From Mobula hypostoma (taxonomy: Eukaryota), in NCBI RefSeq assembly GCF_963921235.1, contig NC_086108.1:103852001-103916000 (forward strand): DNA of 64,000 nucleotides, given 5' to 3'. Below, piece after piece: positions 1 through 12,534 of this stretch. Position 1 is the stretch's first letter. Each line of letters starts with the position of its first letter. The notes beneath the pieces were generated by a model. That model worked only from the letters and a program-made list of their open reading frames with translations, was not told the DNA's origin and ran no database searches. A program made the translations under genes and the position numbers.

Positions 1-425
1 GATGGTTCTGAGTCAATACTCACTAGAATTCAGAAGAATCAGGGGTGGCCTCATTGAAACCTATCGGATGTTGAAAGACCTTGATAGAGTGGATGTAGAG
101 AGCACACTTCCTATGGTGGGAGAGTCTAAGACTAGAGGACACAGCCTTAGAATAGAGGCGTCTTTTTAGAATGAAGATGAGGAGGAATTTCTTTAGCCAG
201 AGAGTGGTGAATCTGTGGAATTCTTTGGCCATAGGCATCTGTGGAAGCCAAGTCATTGGATATATTTAAAACAGAAGTTGGTATATTTTTGATTAGTTGG
301 GGCATGAAGGGTTATGAGGAGAAGCCAGGAGATTGGGGCGGAGAGTGAAATAGATCAGCCATGATGAAATAGTGGAGCAGGCTCAATGGCCAACTGCTCC
401 TATACCTTATGGTCTTATAGTCTTA
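1..425 (+). mobile_element. CR1-type LINE 3' fragment (degenerate ORF2 C-terminus and 3' UTR)
   Basis: Similar to the C-terminus of the CR1 copy at 29340-29760 (ttctttagccagagagtggtgaatctgtggaattct); ends in a short cttatgg/cttatag tail. Confidence 0.85.
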
Positions 426-625
426 TTCTCTGCTAATTACAAGGCAAGGGAGTCATATGAATCTCCACTCAAGATACTTGATACCAACTATGGCACAATT
501 GGTTTCCAGTTTACGACCTAAAATGTTAATTCTCACACCACTAGGTTCAAGAACTTCCCTTCAACCATTCAGTTCGTGCACCAACATGCAGAACCCACAT
601 CAATGCAATTTATCAACACCAAACT

Positions 626-922
626 GGGTGGCACGGCAGCATAGTGGTTAACAAAATGCCTTACAGTACAGGCAACCCGGGTTCAATTCCTGCCACTGCC
701 TGTAAGGAGTTTGTACATTCTGCCCGTGACCGCGTGGGTTTCTTCCAATTGCTCCGGTTTCCTCCCACAGTCCAAAAACATACTGGCTGGTAGGCTAATT
801 GATCATTGTAAATTGTACTGTGACCAGGCTGAGGTCAAAACGGGGGATTGCTAGGCAGCGTGGTCCAAAAGGCTGGAAGGGCCTATTCTGCGCTGTACCG
901 CAATAAATCATAAATAAATAAA
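626..922 (+). mobile_element. tRNA-derived V-SINE (HE1-like)
   Basis: tRNA-like head with B-box ggttcaattcc, V-domain ggagtttgtacattct...ggtttcctcccacagtccaaa, CR1-like 3' end gaagggcctattctg and (TAAA)n tail. Confidence 0.9.
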
Positions 923-1129
923 CTATAACAACTTTTCACTAAAATTGACTTTTTGTGTTGTAATTGTTTTCTTGTAAAAGTGGTGTATAAGTTATGTTTT
1001 TCTCATGAATACTGTTTATAAGAACCTATGTGCCTGTGATGGTGTTACAATTAAGTTTTTCATTGCACCTGTCCATACAATGTACGTATGCGTATCACAA
1101 TAAAGTTGAATTTGACCTTGACTTTTAAG

Positions 1130-1850
1130 AGGAAATATTGGACAGGCTGGGGCCATTTTCTTTGTCACAGAGGAGGCAGAGTGGAGATAGAACAATGGTG
1201 CATAAAATTATGAGGAATATTGCTATAATCAACAGAAAGGACCCATTTCCCTTATTAGAGGGGGTCAAAATAAAGATTAGCTTTATTTGTCATATATAGA
1301 AGTCCCAACAAGAGAGTGTGAAATACTCGATCTGCTATTAGAGAATGAGGGCAGGCAGATGACAGAAGTTTCTGTCGAGGAACACTTTGCATCTGGTGAT
1401 CACAATGCCATTAGTTTCAAAGTAAATATGCAAAAAGATGGGTCTGGTCCACGGGCTGAGATTCTGAATTGGAGAAAGGCCAATTTTGATGGTATCAGAA
1501 AGGATCTGCCAAGTCTGACAGGGTGTTTTCTGGCAAAGGTGTACTTGGTAAGTGGGAAACCTTCAAAAGTAAAATTTTGAGATCTCAAAGCTTGTATGTG
1601 CCTATCAGAATAAAAGGTAATGATAATGAGCTTAGGGAATCTTGGTTTTCAAGAGATACTGAGGCCCTAGTTAAGAAAAAAAATGAAGGTACAGATATAA
1701 GCAGGTAGGAACAAATGAAGATTTTACGGAGTATAAGAAATGCAAGAAAACACTTAAGAAATAAATCAGGAGGACTAAAAGAAGGGATGAGGTTGCCCTA
1801 GCAGACAAGGTGAAGGGACAAAATTGGTACCCTGGAAGATCAGATAAGGT
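1130..1850 (+). mobile_element. CR1 LINE fragments (endonuclease end/linker region)
   Basis: ORF 1287-1580 contains ILDLLL...EHFASGDHNAISF...LNWRKANF, typical of CR1 ORF2; frameshifted. Confidence 0.8.
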
Positions 1851-2495
1851 TGATTGGTGTCAGGATAGATCTGATTTGGGTCGCCTCCAACCTGATGGCA
1901 TGAATATAGATTTTTTCTTCCAATAAAAAAAAAATCCTCTCCCCCTCCTCTCTTCTCTTATTCCCGATTCGGGCCTCTTACTTCTTCTCCCTGTGACCGT
2001 GTGGATTTCTTCCGAGAGCTCCAGTTTCCTCCCACATTGCAAAGGCAGATGGTTTGGGTTATGGTTAGTGAGTTTTGAGCAAGCTATGTTGGTACTGGAG
2101 GCAAGGCAATACTTGCAAGCTACTCCCTGCATTACCTTTGCTGATTTGATTTGATGCAAATGATGCATTTGAAGTTCCCCTGGGCCAAAGTGCATCATAC
2201 AGTACATATAACTCACATACAACACATAATGTCAAGATTCTTGTCAAGATGGTGATACCAGCCCATTCTAACTAATGGTTGTCCTTTACATCTTTCTTAT
2301 TTCACTGATGTTTCAATGTACACGTGACAACTAACAGGTCTTCAAACTTTATATGTTCTCATGCTTTTGCATTTCCTGTATTTTGTTATTGCTTTTTTTC
2401 TTGTACAACTCTGATATACTCATATTCCATAATGATCTGTAGGAATGGCTTGCAAAACCAGACTTGTTACTGTATTTGCAACATATGACAGTAAT

Positions 2496-3315
2496 GGGTG
2501 GTGAGGTGGAGATCTGTGTGTTCGTTCATCGTCGTCGATGAAGACCTTGACACCATTAGTCAAATGATAATGGTGTCGAGGCTAGCGCATGATTTGGATT
2601 TAAGTGAAGGAGAGTTGTGCAGCGTCAGCCTCACTCTCTCTTCCCAATTCCCATCTGGATCCAGTGGCAAGACAAGAGGCGAGACGGCTGGAGGTGGGAC
2701 TAGGCGCAGTGAATGACCAGGACGTCTTCTGTGTCTAGTCCTGCTCTACACGCTCCACGATGCTTGCAGAGACCGCCTTCTTGACCGTTGGACTTTCCAT
2801 TGGTCTCATCCGCTCAATCCGCCGGAGTCTGTCTTCACATGCTGGGATAGACAACTCCCTATCTCACCGAGGGTTTGAGACCCGTCGGCTACCCTCACCT
2901 GGTTTAGCCGGCTTGTCAAAGCCATTGCCCGGGGTTTGGCCGTTATCGCTGGTGGAGATACGTCTCTACTGAAGGAGGTGTAAGGCACTCCTTTCCTCCT
3001 GTAGCCTGTAGGTCACTCCTGGGCAAGGTGTAGCACCTGCTTAGCCCCCCGATCAGGGTCATGTGAAACCATGGGAGCAGGTTGGTGGATGGTCGTATGA
3101 GCAGCTGGTGCATATCACAAGCTCTGGTTATGCAACCACTGATGTCAGACAGACAATCTCTGAAGAGTATTGATAATGGCTGTGGTCACCTGTCTTGTAA
3201 AGACACTACCCAGAAGAAGGCAGTAGCAAAGCACTTCTGTCGAAAAATTTGCCAAGAACAATCATGGTCATGGAAAGATCATGATCACCCATGTCATATG
3301 ACATGGTACATGATG
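2496..3315 (+). mobile_element. Non-autonomous SINE-like retroelement without tRNA head, interrupted by an insertion at ~2515-2950
   Basis: A second copy lies on the minus strand at 57660-58040; both start at GGGT and end in (GAT)n; ggtggagat is duplicated around the insert. Confidence 0.75.
2515..2950 (-). mobile_element. CpG-rich non-autonomous retroelement (probably RTE-associated), nested insertion
   Basis: Flanked by duplicated ggtggagat; 3' stem-loop gacaccatta/taatggtgtc near 2549-2577 and a short simple-repeat tail. Confidence 0.65.
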
Positions 3316-3964
3316 ATGATAATGATTTCAATAATAAACCAATTACCAATCGTATTATTAATGCACATCAGAAAAAAGCTTTTTAACATCCTGATTTTTT
3401 GTGTGAGGAAGAACATTTCACTTTGTTGGATATCCGAAAAGGCCCATGGACTTTTTGGTTGGCGTAAATTAATCATGGAATACATTCCTTTGGACTTTTT
3501 GACATGTATGGTACACTCAAAAACAAATAGTTTTCATAAAACATGGCAACCTTTTCTGTAGTACGTATATAAATGTAAACCTGTCTGCTATACTAATGAG
3601 GGCTTTTGTATAGGATGTTGTGGTGATGTCTATATTTTGATGGAAGTGTTCTGACACCTGATATCTGTGAGGGGAAGTAATGTAAATGTAAGTGTGTCTG
3701 GAAATTGAAAGTTTTGTTATGCTGAACAAACAAACAAACCAATTACCGTTCCACTTGACAGGAGGGAGAGATGACAAGGGATGGGGGGAGGTGTAAGAGG
3801 GGTGCTTGATTATGTTGGCCACTTTCCCAAAGCAGCAGGAAGTGTTGGCAAAGTCAGTGGTGGGGAGGCTTTAAAATTTAGAAATATAGCACAGAACAGG
3901 CCCTTCTGACCCAACAAACCACAACCCACTAGCCTAATCACAGGATAATTTACAATGACCAATT

Positions 3965-4560
3965 TTGCTACTCTTCCAAGAGGACCACAACTTTGTCGTA
4001 GGGTTTGGAAGCTTGTGTGCCTCAATGACCTGGAGAGTTATGTCGGCTGGAGTCAGGGTTTTATGCTTTGGCTCTTGGTGGGATCGTCCATGCCAAACAG
4101 GTCAAAGGGTAGAGGCCAAACTAAGAGTGGTCCACTGGTCCTCCAGGTTCAGGGGTTCAACACAGGGCTGACTAGTAAAAGAAAATGATTTCAGAAACAG
4201 CAATGAAGAATCCTTCTATATATACATACAACTGTATGGACAGACAGAGATGGAGGACATTTATTGCTCCCCTATATGCCAGCAGCATAACGGGCAGTAA
4301 GTTATTATCCGACTAACCCTGCCATGGATTGTCCCAAGCCTAGATTGTTGGGCATGGGGCTAGCAACCCCATCCTATAAAAACCTAGTGGTACAGAAGCT
4401 CCAAAGACTTCATCCCTAGCAAAGGGAAGTTCTTCACCTAGAATATGTAGAGATGAGCAGCACCAGGACTTGACAAGACTGGCCTGGGGCAGAGGACTCT
4501 GGCAAATTGCTTTTGGTGGCCTATACCCCAGTAGGGCTGATGATTTTAAGAAGAAGAATT
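3965..4560 (+). mobile_element. RTE/Expander(Rex3)-like non-autonomous fragments
   Basis: 5' leader ctttgtcgtagggtttgg...aatgacctggagagttatg...catgccaaacaggtc resembles fish Expander/Rex3 5' ends; RTE-like 3' end gtggcctataccccag and (AAG)n; related leader at 23965-24100. Confidence 0.55.
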
Positions 4561-4885
4561 AATCTACTAACCGGAAAGTCTTTGGACTGTGGGAGGAAAC
4601 CAGAGCATCCGGAGGAAACCCGGAGAGATGTGTGATGGGCAATAAATACCAGTGAAGCCCACATCCAAAGTATGAATATAGAAAATGACAAACTCCATTG
4701 CAAAGCACTTGGACACATGATATGCCAAACAGAAAGTAACGTTAACTAAAATATCCTCTGACGGCAATAGCACAATCTTGTGCGGAGCGATCGCCTGCTG
4801 ATCTCACCAACAGTGGATTAACCGTCAATAGTAACAAAAAAGGGTTCTCCTTTCACATTTATCAGGCAAAAAGAGATCAACCTAC

Positions 4886-4966
4886 CACCCTTCAAGTCGC
4901 AAGATGTTCCTTGATTCTATTCCATTGGGAATTAACGGTTGCAGGCTGACCATTCAGGATCATAGC
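4886..4966 (-). other. Candidate non-coding/UTR exon on the minus strand
   Basis: Acceptor attatttcacttcactattttcag and donor GTG|gtaggt around 81 nt of unique sequence; all three frames contain a stop. Confidence 0.3.
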
Positions 4967-5101
4967 CTGAAAATAGTGAAGTGAAATAATAGTGAGCCAA
5001 CACATTACTGTGTGGCTTTGACATATCTCTGGCTGTTCTTGTAACGCAGATGTTAAACTATTTTAGGCAGGTTAACCATTCACTGTCTCAGCAGAGTTGT
5101 A

Positions 5102-7183
5102 CACACAGTGGCCGCTTTATTAGGTACATCTGCACACCTGCTCATTAATACCAGTATCTAATCAGCCAATCATGTGGCAGCAACTCAATGCAGACATGGT
5201 CAAGAGGTTTAGGTTTTGTTCAGACCATGTATCAGAATGGGGAAGAGATGTGATCTAAGCGATTTTGATCGTGGAATGACTGTTAGTGCCAGACAGGGCG
5301 GTTTGAGTATCTCAGAAATTGATGATCTCCTGGAGTTTTCACACACAACAATCTCTAGAGTTGGTGCAAAAAAAAATCCAGTGAGCGGCAGTTCTGTGGG
5401 TGAAAACACCTTGTTAATGAGAGAGGTCAGAGGAGAATGGCCAGACTGGTTCAAGCTGACAGGAAGGTGACAAAACTGAAATAACTACGCGTTAAAATAG
5501 TGGTGTGCAGAAGAACATCTCTGAACGTACAATATGTTGAACCTTGAAGTGTTTCCCAATGATCCTTTGGTCTCAGTGGGGGCTGCCTTCAAGAGAGTAA
5601 ATCCAAGGAAAGCATCCGGTCTGTACCTGGCTGAATACTGAAGACTTGTGCCGACCAGCTGGCTGGTGTATTCAGGGATATCTTCAACCTCTCGCTCCAG
5701 CAGTATGTCGTACCCACCTGCTTCAAGCTGGCTTCAATCATACTGGTGCCCAAGAAGAGCGTGGTAACCTGTCTAAATGACTATAACCCAGTGGCACTTG
5801 CTTCCACAGTGATGAAGTGTTTTGAGAGGCTGGCGTTGAAGCATATCAGCTCCTTTCTGAGTGCCAACTTGGATCCGCTGCAGTTTGCCTATCGAAGCAA
5901 CAAGTCTACAGCAGATACTCTCTTATTGGTTCTTCACACAACCCTGAAACATCTGCACAGCAAAAGATGCCTACATCAAGATGCTCTTTATCAGTAAACT
6001 CCAGGACCTGACCCTCAATTGTGCAATTGGATCCTGGATTTCCTCATGTGCAAACCCCAGTCAGCTCGGATTGGCAAAATACATCTCCACAACCTCCATC
6101 TGCACAGGAGCACCACGGGAATGTGTGCTTAGCCCCCGCTCTACTTGCCTTACACCTATGACTGTGTGGCTAAGTACAGCTCCAACACCATATACGTTTA
6201 TTGATGACATCACTATCGTGGGCCGTATCAAAGTTGGTGATGAATCCCATACAGGAGGGAGACTGTAAATTTGGCTGAGTGGTGTAATAACAACTACCTC
6301 TCGCTCAATGTCAACAAGACCAAGGAATAGATATTAGACCAGGAGTGGGAATCCAAAGGTTCATGATCCAGTAGTCATTGGAGGATCAGAGGTGGAGGGG
6401 ACCTGTCCTGGACCCATCATATTAATATAATCGTGAAGAAAGCATGACAGTGCCTCTCCTTCCTCAGGAATCTGTGCAGATTCGGCATGTCATCAAAAAC
6501 CTTGGCAAACTTCTATAGATGTGTGGTGGAAAGTGTGCTGACTGGTTGCATTATGGCCTGGTATGGGAGCACCAATGACTTTGAGCAGAAAATCCTACAA
6601 AAGGTAGTGGTTTTAGCCCAGTACATCCACGGGTAAATCCCTCCGACCACTGAGCACATCTAAATGAAATGTTGCCATAGAAAAGCAGCAACTGGCATCA
6701 AAGATCCTCACCACCCAGGCCCATGCTCCTTTCTCGCTGCTGTCATCAGGTAGAGGGTACAAGAGCCTCAGGACTCGCACCACCAGGTTCAAGAACAGTT
6801 ACTACCCCTCAACCATCAGGCTCTTGAACAACAGGGGATAACTAAACTCATTAAAGGACTCTGTGATCTTGTTATTTCATGCTCATTATTTATTGCTATT
6901 TATTTGTTATCTACATTTGCCCATTGTTTACGGTTTATAGTTTCTGAAGGTTACAGTTCACAGATCCTGTTTACGGTTACTGTTCTATAGATTTGCTAAG
7001 TATGCCCGCAGAAAAAGAATCTCAGAGTTGTGTGTGGTGACGTGTATGTATTCTGATAATTAATTTTACTTTGAACTTTGAACTTAGAACATGGATGGGC
7101 TACAGCAGTAGAAGACTGCAAACATACACTCATTGGCCACTTTATTAGTGTCAGGAAGTGCCAAATACAGTGGCCACTGGGTG
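5102..7183 (+). mobile_element. Tc1-family internally deleted transposon interrupted by Rex1
   Basis: TA-flanked TIRs (cagtggcc.ctttattagg / gtggccactgggtg); transposase N-terminal fragment MGKRCDLSDFDRGM...LSISEIDDLLEFSHTTISRV from 5237. Confidence 0.88.
5552..7083 (+). mobile_element. Rex1/Babar LINE, 5'-truncated and degenerate
   Basis: RT fragments [36 protein letters not shown] and TFIDD; (TTTGAAC)n tail. Confidence 0.9.
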
Positions 7184-7893
7184 TATATTCTGAGCATTTA
7201 TTTTTCTTATGTAATGTTCTTTAGCATGAAAATTCAGAGCCCATTAAATTGTTTTCCTCAACCTCAGGGGAGAGAAATGATTCACTCTGTTCAAGACGCT
7301 GCCTTCATTGAGAAGCATGGGTGATAAAGTACTCACTAATTTTCCCTCGACCGTCTTGGCAGTGTGGGCTGGCTTGCGAGTTATTGGTTGATTATGGCAA
7401 TTCATCTCAACTTGTTAGTCACAAAACAAACCCAGACATGATGCAAGGAAATACCAGAGATGAAAACTTTGGGTACTCTAGGTCCAATGTAGTCTGTTCT
7501 GTTTAAGTCTGTTAAATTTATCACATGGCGTGTCTCAAGTTACTCTTACGGTTGGGGGGGTGGCGGTGGGGAGGTTTGACTTTGGTAAATAGTGTCAATT
7601 GAGCAATACTGGTTCCTGTTCAAACTGTTGTTCTGATTGTTGTTAACATAAATTGTGGAAGAAAATAATTCCAGGAGACGTGTCAAAAGAGCCAGTTAGG
7701 CTGATTAACATTATCAGCCTGGTCAAAACTCGGCAGCTCGCAAATAACACTATCCTGTGTGAATACCTATACACTGTTTAACTTTAGCAACAAGTTTTAC
7801 AGAGGTGACTACTTAGAGACACAGGAGACTGCACATGTCAGAACTCAGTTTGCTATTGTTTATGTATTTATTCATTTAGGTATTTATCTATTT

Positions 7894-8208
7894 GTGGGCA
7901 CGTGGCCAAGTGGTTAAGGCGCTAAACTAGCGATCTGAAGGTCGTGAGTTCGAGCCCCAGCCAAGGCAGCGTGTTGTGTCCTTGAGCAAGGCACTTAATC
8001 ACACATTGCTCTGCGATGACACTGTTGCCAAGCTGTATGGGTCCTAATGCCCTTCCCTTGGACTACATTGGTGTCGTGGAGAGGGGAGACTTGCAGCGTG
8101 GGCAACTGCCGGTCTTCCATACAACCTTGCCCAGGCCTGCGCCCTGGAGAGTGAAGACTTTCCAGGCGCAGATCCATGGTCTCACAAGACTAATGGATGC
8201 CTTTACTT
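7894..8208 (+). mobile_element. tRNA-derived SINE (distinct from HE1)
   Basis: A-box tggccaagtgg, B-box gagttcgagcc, core gtgtccttgagcaaggcactt; 13-bp TSD tatttatctattt (7881-7893 / 8209-8221). Confidence 0.88.
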
Positions 8209-8304
8209 TATTTATCTATTTATTTATTTGTTTTTTTTTATTTATCCATCTGTCTATCTATCCATCAATCCATCTGCCCATCCATTCATCCATCCATCTT
8301 TTGC

Positions 8305-8445
8305 TTGTGGGAGGAAACTGAATCATATGGAGGAAACCCACGTAGTCACGGGGAGGACGTACAAACTCCTTACAGGCAGCATCAAAATTGAACCCGGGTG
8401 ACTGACACTGTAAAAGCGCTATGGTAACTGCTGTCCCACACTCCA
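8305..8445 (-). mobile_element. V-SINE (HE1-like) fragment
   Basis: Reverse-complement V-domain (gtgggaggaaac...gtacaaactcc) and B-box. Similar copies at about 1995-2170(+), 4560-4625(-), 14940-15210(+), 16995-17232(-), 21320-21590(+), 22840-23060(-), 24525-24730(-), 35360-35470(+), 39090-39250(-), 57160-57322(-). Confidence 0.8.
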
Positions 8446-9071
8446 CCAAAACATTGGCTCTTCATTCATTTCCGTAGATGCTGCCTGACCTACTGATTTC
8501 CTCCAGCATCTTGTCTGTGTTGCTCTGGTCTTCCAGGATGTCTTGTAGTTTTAACTGAACGTCTTATTATGCCATTTTGCATATGTCCTTACGACTAAGA
8601 AAGAGACCTATCGGCCCATCAAATCTATCCTAGTCCACAGACCAATCCCAATTCCACACTAATTTTCCCCTGGGACCTATTCTCCCCACATTCTGATCAC
8701 CTCTTCCCAAACTGCAATGCACTAATACACCCTAGGGGCAATTTACAAAGACCAATTTGCCTGCCAACCCACATGTCTTTGGATGTGGGAGGGAATCAGA
8801 GAATCTGGAGAATGGAATCTGACAAACTCTGCATGGATGACACCTCAAATGGACCAGGATCTCTGGAGGTGTCAGGCTGTGTCCTGTTCTGAAGAGCTGA
8901 TTCCAGATCCTGGTCACCGCTCCTGTTTTTCATATGATGTTACCAAGTGAAAATGGATGTATCCTATTTTATAGCTGTGACTGGGTGTAGTAGACTGCTA
9001 GGAAGGCAACCAAAGCTTGCAGCATCATCTCCCTCAGATGGGAAAAGGGGCTGAAAAATGAGAGGTGGAAT

Positions 9072-9485
9072 TTAGATTAGATTAGATTAGAATCAACTTT
9101 ATTGTCATTGTGCTGAGTACAGATACAAAGCCAATGAAATGCAGTTAGTATCTGACCAGAAATGTAAAGAATAGTGTTATTTACAAAATAACTGCGAATA
9201 AAAAGTGCTACAGCACACAAATATAAAAGTACTGAGACAGTACAATATGGGTGCAATACTGCTTAACGCTGTGATGTGAGGTTCAGCAGTGTCACAGCCT
9301 CAGGGAGGAAGCTCTTCCTGTGCCTGCTGGTGCGAGAGTGGAGGCTCCTGTAGCGCCTACCGGATGGGAGGAGAGTAAAAAGTCTATGGTTAGGGTGAGA
9401 TGCATCCTTGATAATGCTTTTCACCCTGCCCAGGCTGCGTTTATGGTAGATGTTCTCAATGGTGGGCAATTGGGTGCTGATAACG
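9072..9485 (-). mobile_element. Rex1/Babar 3' fragment with (TCTAA)n tail
   Basis: SIIKDASHPNHRLFTLLPSGRRYRSL...SFLPEAVTLLN; tail reads (TTAGA)n on +. Confidence 0.85.
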
Positions 9486-10155
9486 CAGCCAAGTGTGAGC
9501 AGTTTCCCTTTAGGAGGACAAACTAGGGTAGGATTTCCACGGTGAATGGCAGGGCACTGAAGAGTGAGGTAGAACAGAAGGATCTGGGAATACAGGTCCA
9601 TAATTCCTTGAAGGTAGCATCAGAGGCAAAGGGAGTTTCTGGCACATTGACCTTCATAAATCTACAGCTACCTACAGGAAAGATATCAATAAACTTGAAA
9701 GGTACATTGGAAATTTACAAAGATATTGCTGGGACTTGAGGACCTGAGAAATAGGGAAGGGTTGAATAGGTTAGGACGTTATTCCCTGGAGTCAGGAAAA
9801 TGATTGAGATCTTATAGAGGTGCGATGTGGGGCTTCGACAGGGTGACTCCATTCCGTCTTTTTCACCTCGGGTTGAGCAGGGTTACAGCTAGAGGGCACA
9901 GGTTAAAGATGAAAGGTGAAATATTTAAAGGAAACCTGAGGGAGAACTTCTTCACTCAGAGAGTGGTGCAGCCCGGAACCAGCTGCCAGCGGAAGTGGTA
10001 GATGTGGGTTCAATTGTAACATGTAAGAGAAAATTGGATAGGTGTATGGATGGGAGGGTTATGGGGGGCTACGGTCCGGGTGCAGGTCGGTGGGTCTTGG
10101 TAGAACAGGTTAGCACAGACTAGATGGGCTGAAAAGCCAGTTTCAGTACTGTGTA
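9486..10155 (+). mobile_element. CR1 LINE 3' region, degenerate
   Basis: EQKDLGIQVHNSLKVAS and RGHRLK...RENFFTQRVV motifs. Confidence 0.8.
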
Positions 10156-10164
10156 GATTCCATC

Positions 10165-12215
10165 AGTGCGTCTCCCGAGCTGACCACTGTACCATCCCTC
10201 CCGTGTCCGGGGTTGACCCACTGACAATCACGCCAGGGGAAGCATTTTCAGTAAAACTGACACGACGGGGGCCTGTGTTCCGCCGACAGCAGCGAGTGAG
10301 AAGGGGTTAAGGGAAGGGGGCAGGGACCCACGTGCTTTAAGTATATTATTAAAAGCTAACAGCTGAAGAAGCCGTGTCCCGGATCGCGTGGAATGCGGCA
10401 GACAGTGAGCGAACGGGACTTTTATGGAAACTTGCTACGGGGGAGACGTAATTTTACCCAAACGACATTGAGACTAATCGGTGGTGGTTGAAAACGGCTT
10501 AACAGCTCTCTCAGTCTAACCAACTCTCTGGATTACCGCAGGTCGCCAGAATTGAGAGAAACGGAACTCCTTTGGCATAAGGCAAGTTTAACTTTAAAAA
10601 TCAATACTGTAACGGTAGGGACCTAAAGGAGATGGGGCGAATTCTGTTTCGAGGGGAAATTTGAAAAGGTTAAGAATTGAAACCACACACACAGGTACGT
10701 GTGAAAAAACAGAAAACGCACGAAGTGCTGGAGGAACTCAGCAGGCCAGGCAGCATCCATGGAAAGGAATAAATAGTCGACGTTTGGGACAGATCTCGGC
10801 GCGACTCGTCGACTCTAGTCATTTTAATAGATGCTGCCTTCCTCCAGTATTGTGTGTGTATTGCCCTGGATTTCCAGCATCTGCAGTATCGCGTGTATGG
10901 AAAAAAAAAGTAACTTGATCTAGTTTTAAAGTCTTGGAAATGGTACGTGATTTAACATCCTTGGTGGTACACTTGTCCCTCATGGCCAATTGGACGGCGG
11001 TTGTTAATTGTCAAGCCCGGTGGGCGAGAGGTGACACTCGCCGTCTCCCCCTACAAGTGAAACATCCAACTTTAAAGGTTGTTCTGCCCAAAAAAAAATT
11101 CTTCTGATTTCCCCTCGCCACTTTGACAGGAGCGCACTGAATACCCGACCCTTATCCCGGAGCGGGGACGTTCACCTTCTCAGGAATTCTGAAGTGATTT
11201 TTTTTTAACGCCAGTAGGTTGTTACTCCAACGGAGCAATAAAATAATTACTTTAATGATTCTAACAGCTGTTTACAGGATTGGAAGCGCCTCTTTAAGGT
11301 TATTTCCTATTATACTGCTGGGAACTCCGCCGGCAAATTGTCAGCGCTCCCACTTACAGCAGCGAGATCCTTATTGTGTGTGTTAGGCGGCGGGGAAGTG
11401 GGTTAACGCTTGAGAAATTAATATTGGCCGGGATACCCGGCGTGAAGTCCAAAATAATCAAGATTGTTCAATGTAATTTCCAGTGCAAAGGAGAACGAAA
11501 TCGTTGTCACTCCAGATCCGATTCAGCCCAAAAAGAAAACACATTTAGATACAGGACACAATAAAAATAAGTGCACAAGACAGTGTGTGTAAATAGTGAT
11601 ACTAGGCACAGGAATGTCTGTATACAGTGACTCTGACAAGAAATGATAAAGGAGTGGTGTTGGGGGTTGTGCTGGGTGGGTTAGTGGGTGGAGGTGTTGA
11701 TCAGTCTTTCTGCTTAATAAACCCCTGGAACCTGGAGTGTGCGCAGAGGCATTCTAGATTAAATCTCCTTTAAACAGACGCGTGTTTTACATCAGCAATG
11801 TGAAGTGCAGTCTGCCCCTCCCTCCAGAAACCAGAATTCAATGTGATCTGTTTTATTTAGTGGGCAAACTGGCATCGGGAGCTGACAGTCTAATCTTGGT
11901 ATTCATTATTGTTGCCAATAACATGTCCCCTGACCCTTTCAGCACGTAAGAGTTTTCTGTAAATTGGCTTTAACTGGTTCTGGAAGAGGTGTGGGTGTCC
12001 CTCCCCGCGCCCCGCCGTCTCGTGTGCGGAACCCCCGACACTGCAGACCGCAAACTGCTGGGATTTTAAACTCAAACCCAAACGCGTACCGAATGTAGAG
12101 CGGAGGGTCGCAATGGGCCGTGTACTGTCCATGAACACTACCTAGTTATTCCTCTTTGCACTAATTGTTTACCGCGGAGCTTCTGCTGCCGCCGCAAAAC
12201 ACGTTTCGCCATCTA
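10165..12215. promoter_or_regulatory. CpG-rich promoter-like region (probable CpG island)
   Basis: Mostly unique sequence with much higher CpG density than the flanks; E-box CACGTG 10329-10334, TATA-like tract ~10337-10355, CCAAT ~10986, GC-box-like ccccgcc ~12010; even the embedded repeat at 10.7-10.9 kb keeps its CpGs. Confidence 0.65.
10706..10898. mobile_element. Short palindromic Penelope-derived element
   Basis: Inverted arms gctggaggaactcagcaggccaggcagcatc / gatgctgcc...cctccag; tail gatttccagcatctgcag on one side only. Confidence 0.75.
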
Positions 12216-12534
12216 TACAACAACCTGATTCCGATTCTGGGATGAGGTAGCCACTTCCATTTTAATAGCTTTCTGGGATGTCGAGATTATTTTTGGCTCA
12301 AGGTTTGTCACCTGGGAGAGTCTTTGGATTAAAAAAAAACTTTTCCGTAATTTATTTCATTTAAAATACTTCTAGGTTTTGCCCACTTGAGAATACAGTA
12401 GATCAAATGTTCTGCATAAAATAGTTGTACAAAATGGAAACGGGCCCTTCGGCCCAACTCGTATATTTTAGTCAAGGTGCCCAGCTGGGCTAATCCCATC
12501 TGTCAGTGTTTTGCCAATATCCAATGTTCTCTAA

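Noticed and set aside
3082..3561. 159-aa ORF
   Set aside because: Starts in a SINE-like repeat and has no recognisable domain or convincing exon structure
4886..4966. Selenocysteine exon (single in-frame TGA in an 81-nt exon)
   Set aside because: The peptide resembles no selenoprotein I know and no SECIS can be supported
7894..7965. tRNA gene
   Set aside because: The head continues into a SINE body with tail and TSD; no proper acceptor stem or poly-T terminator
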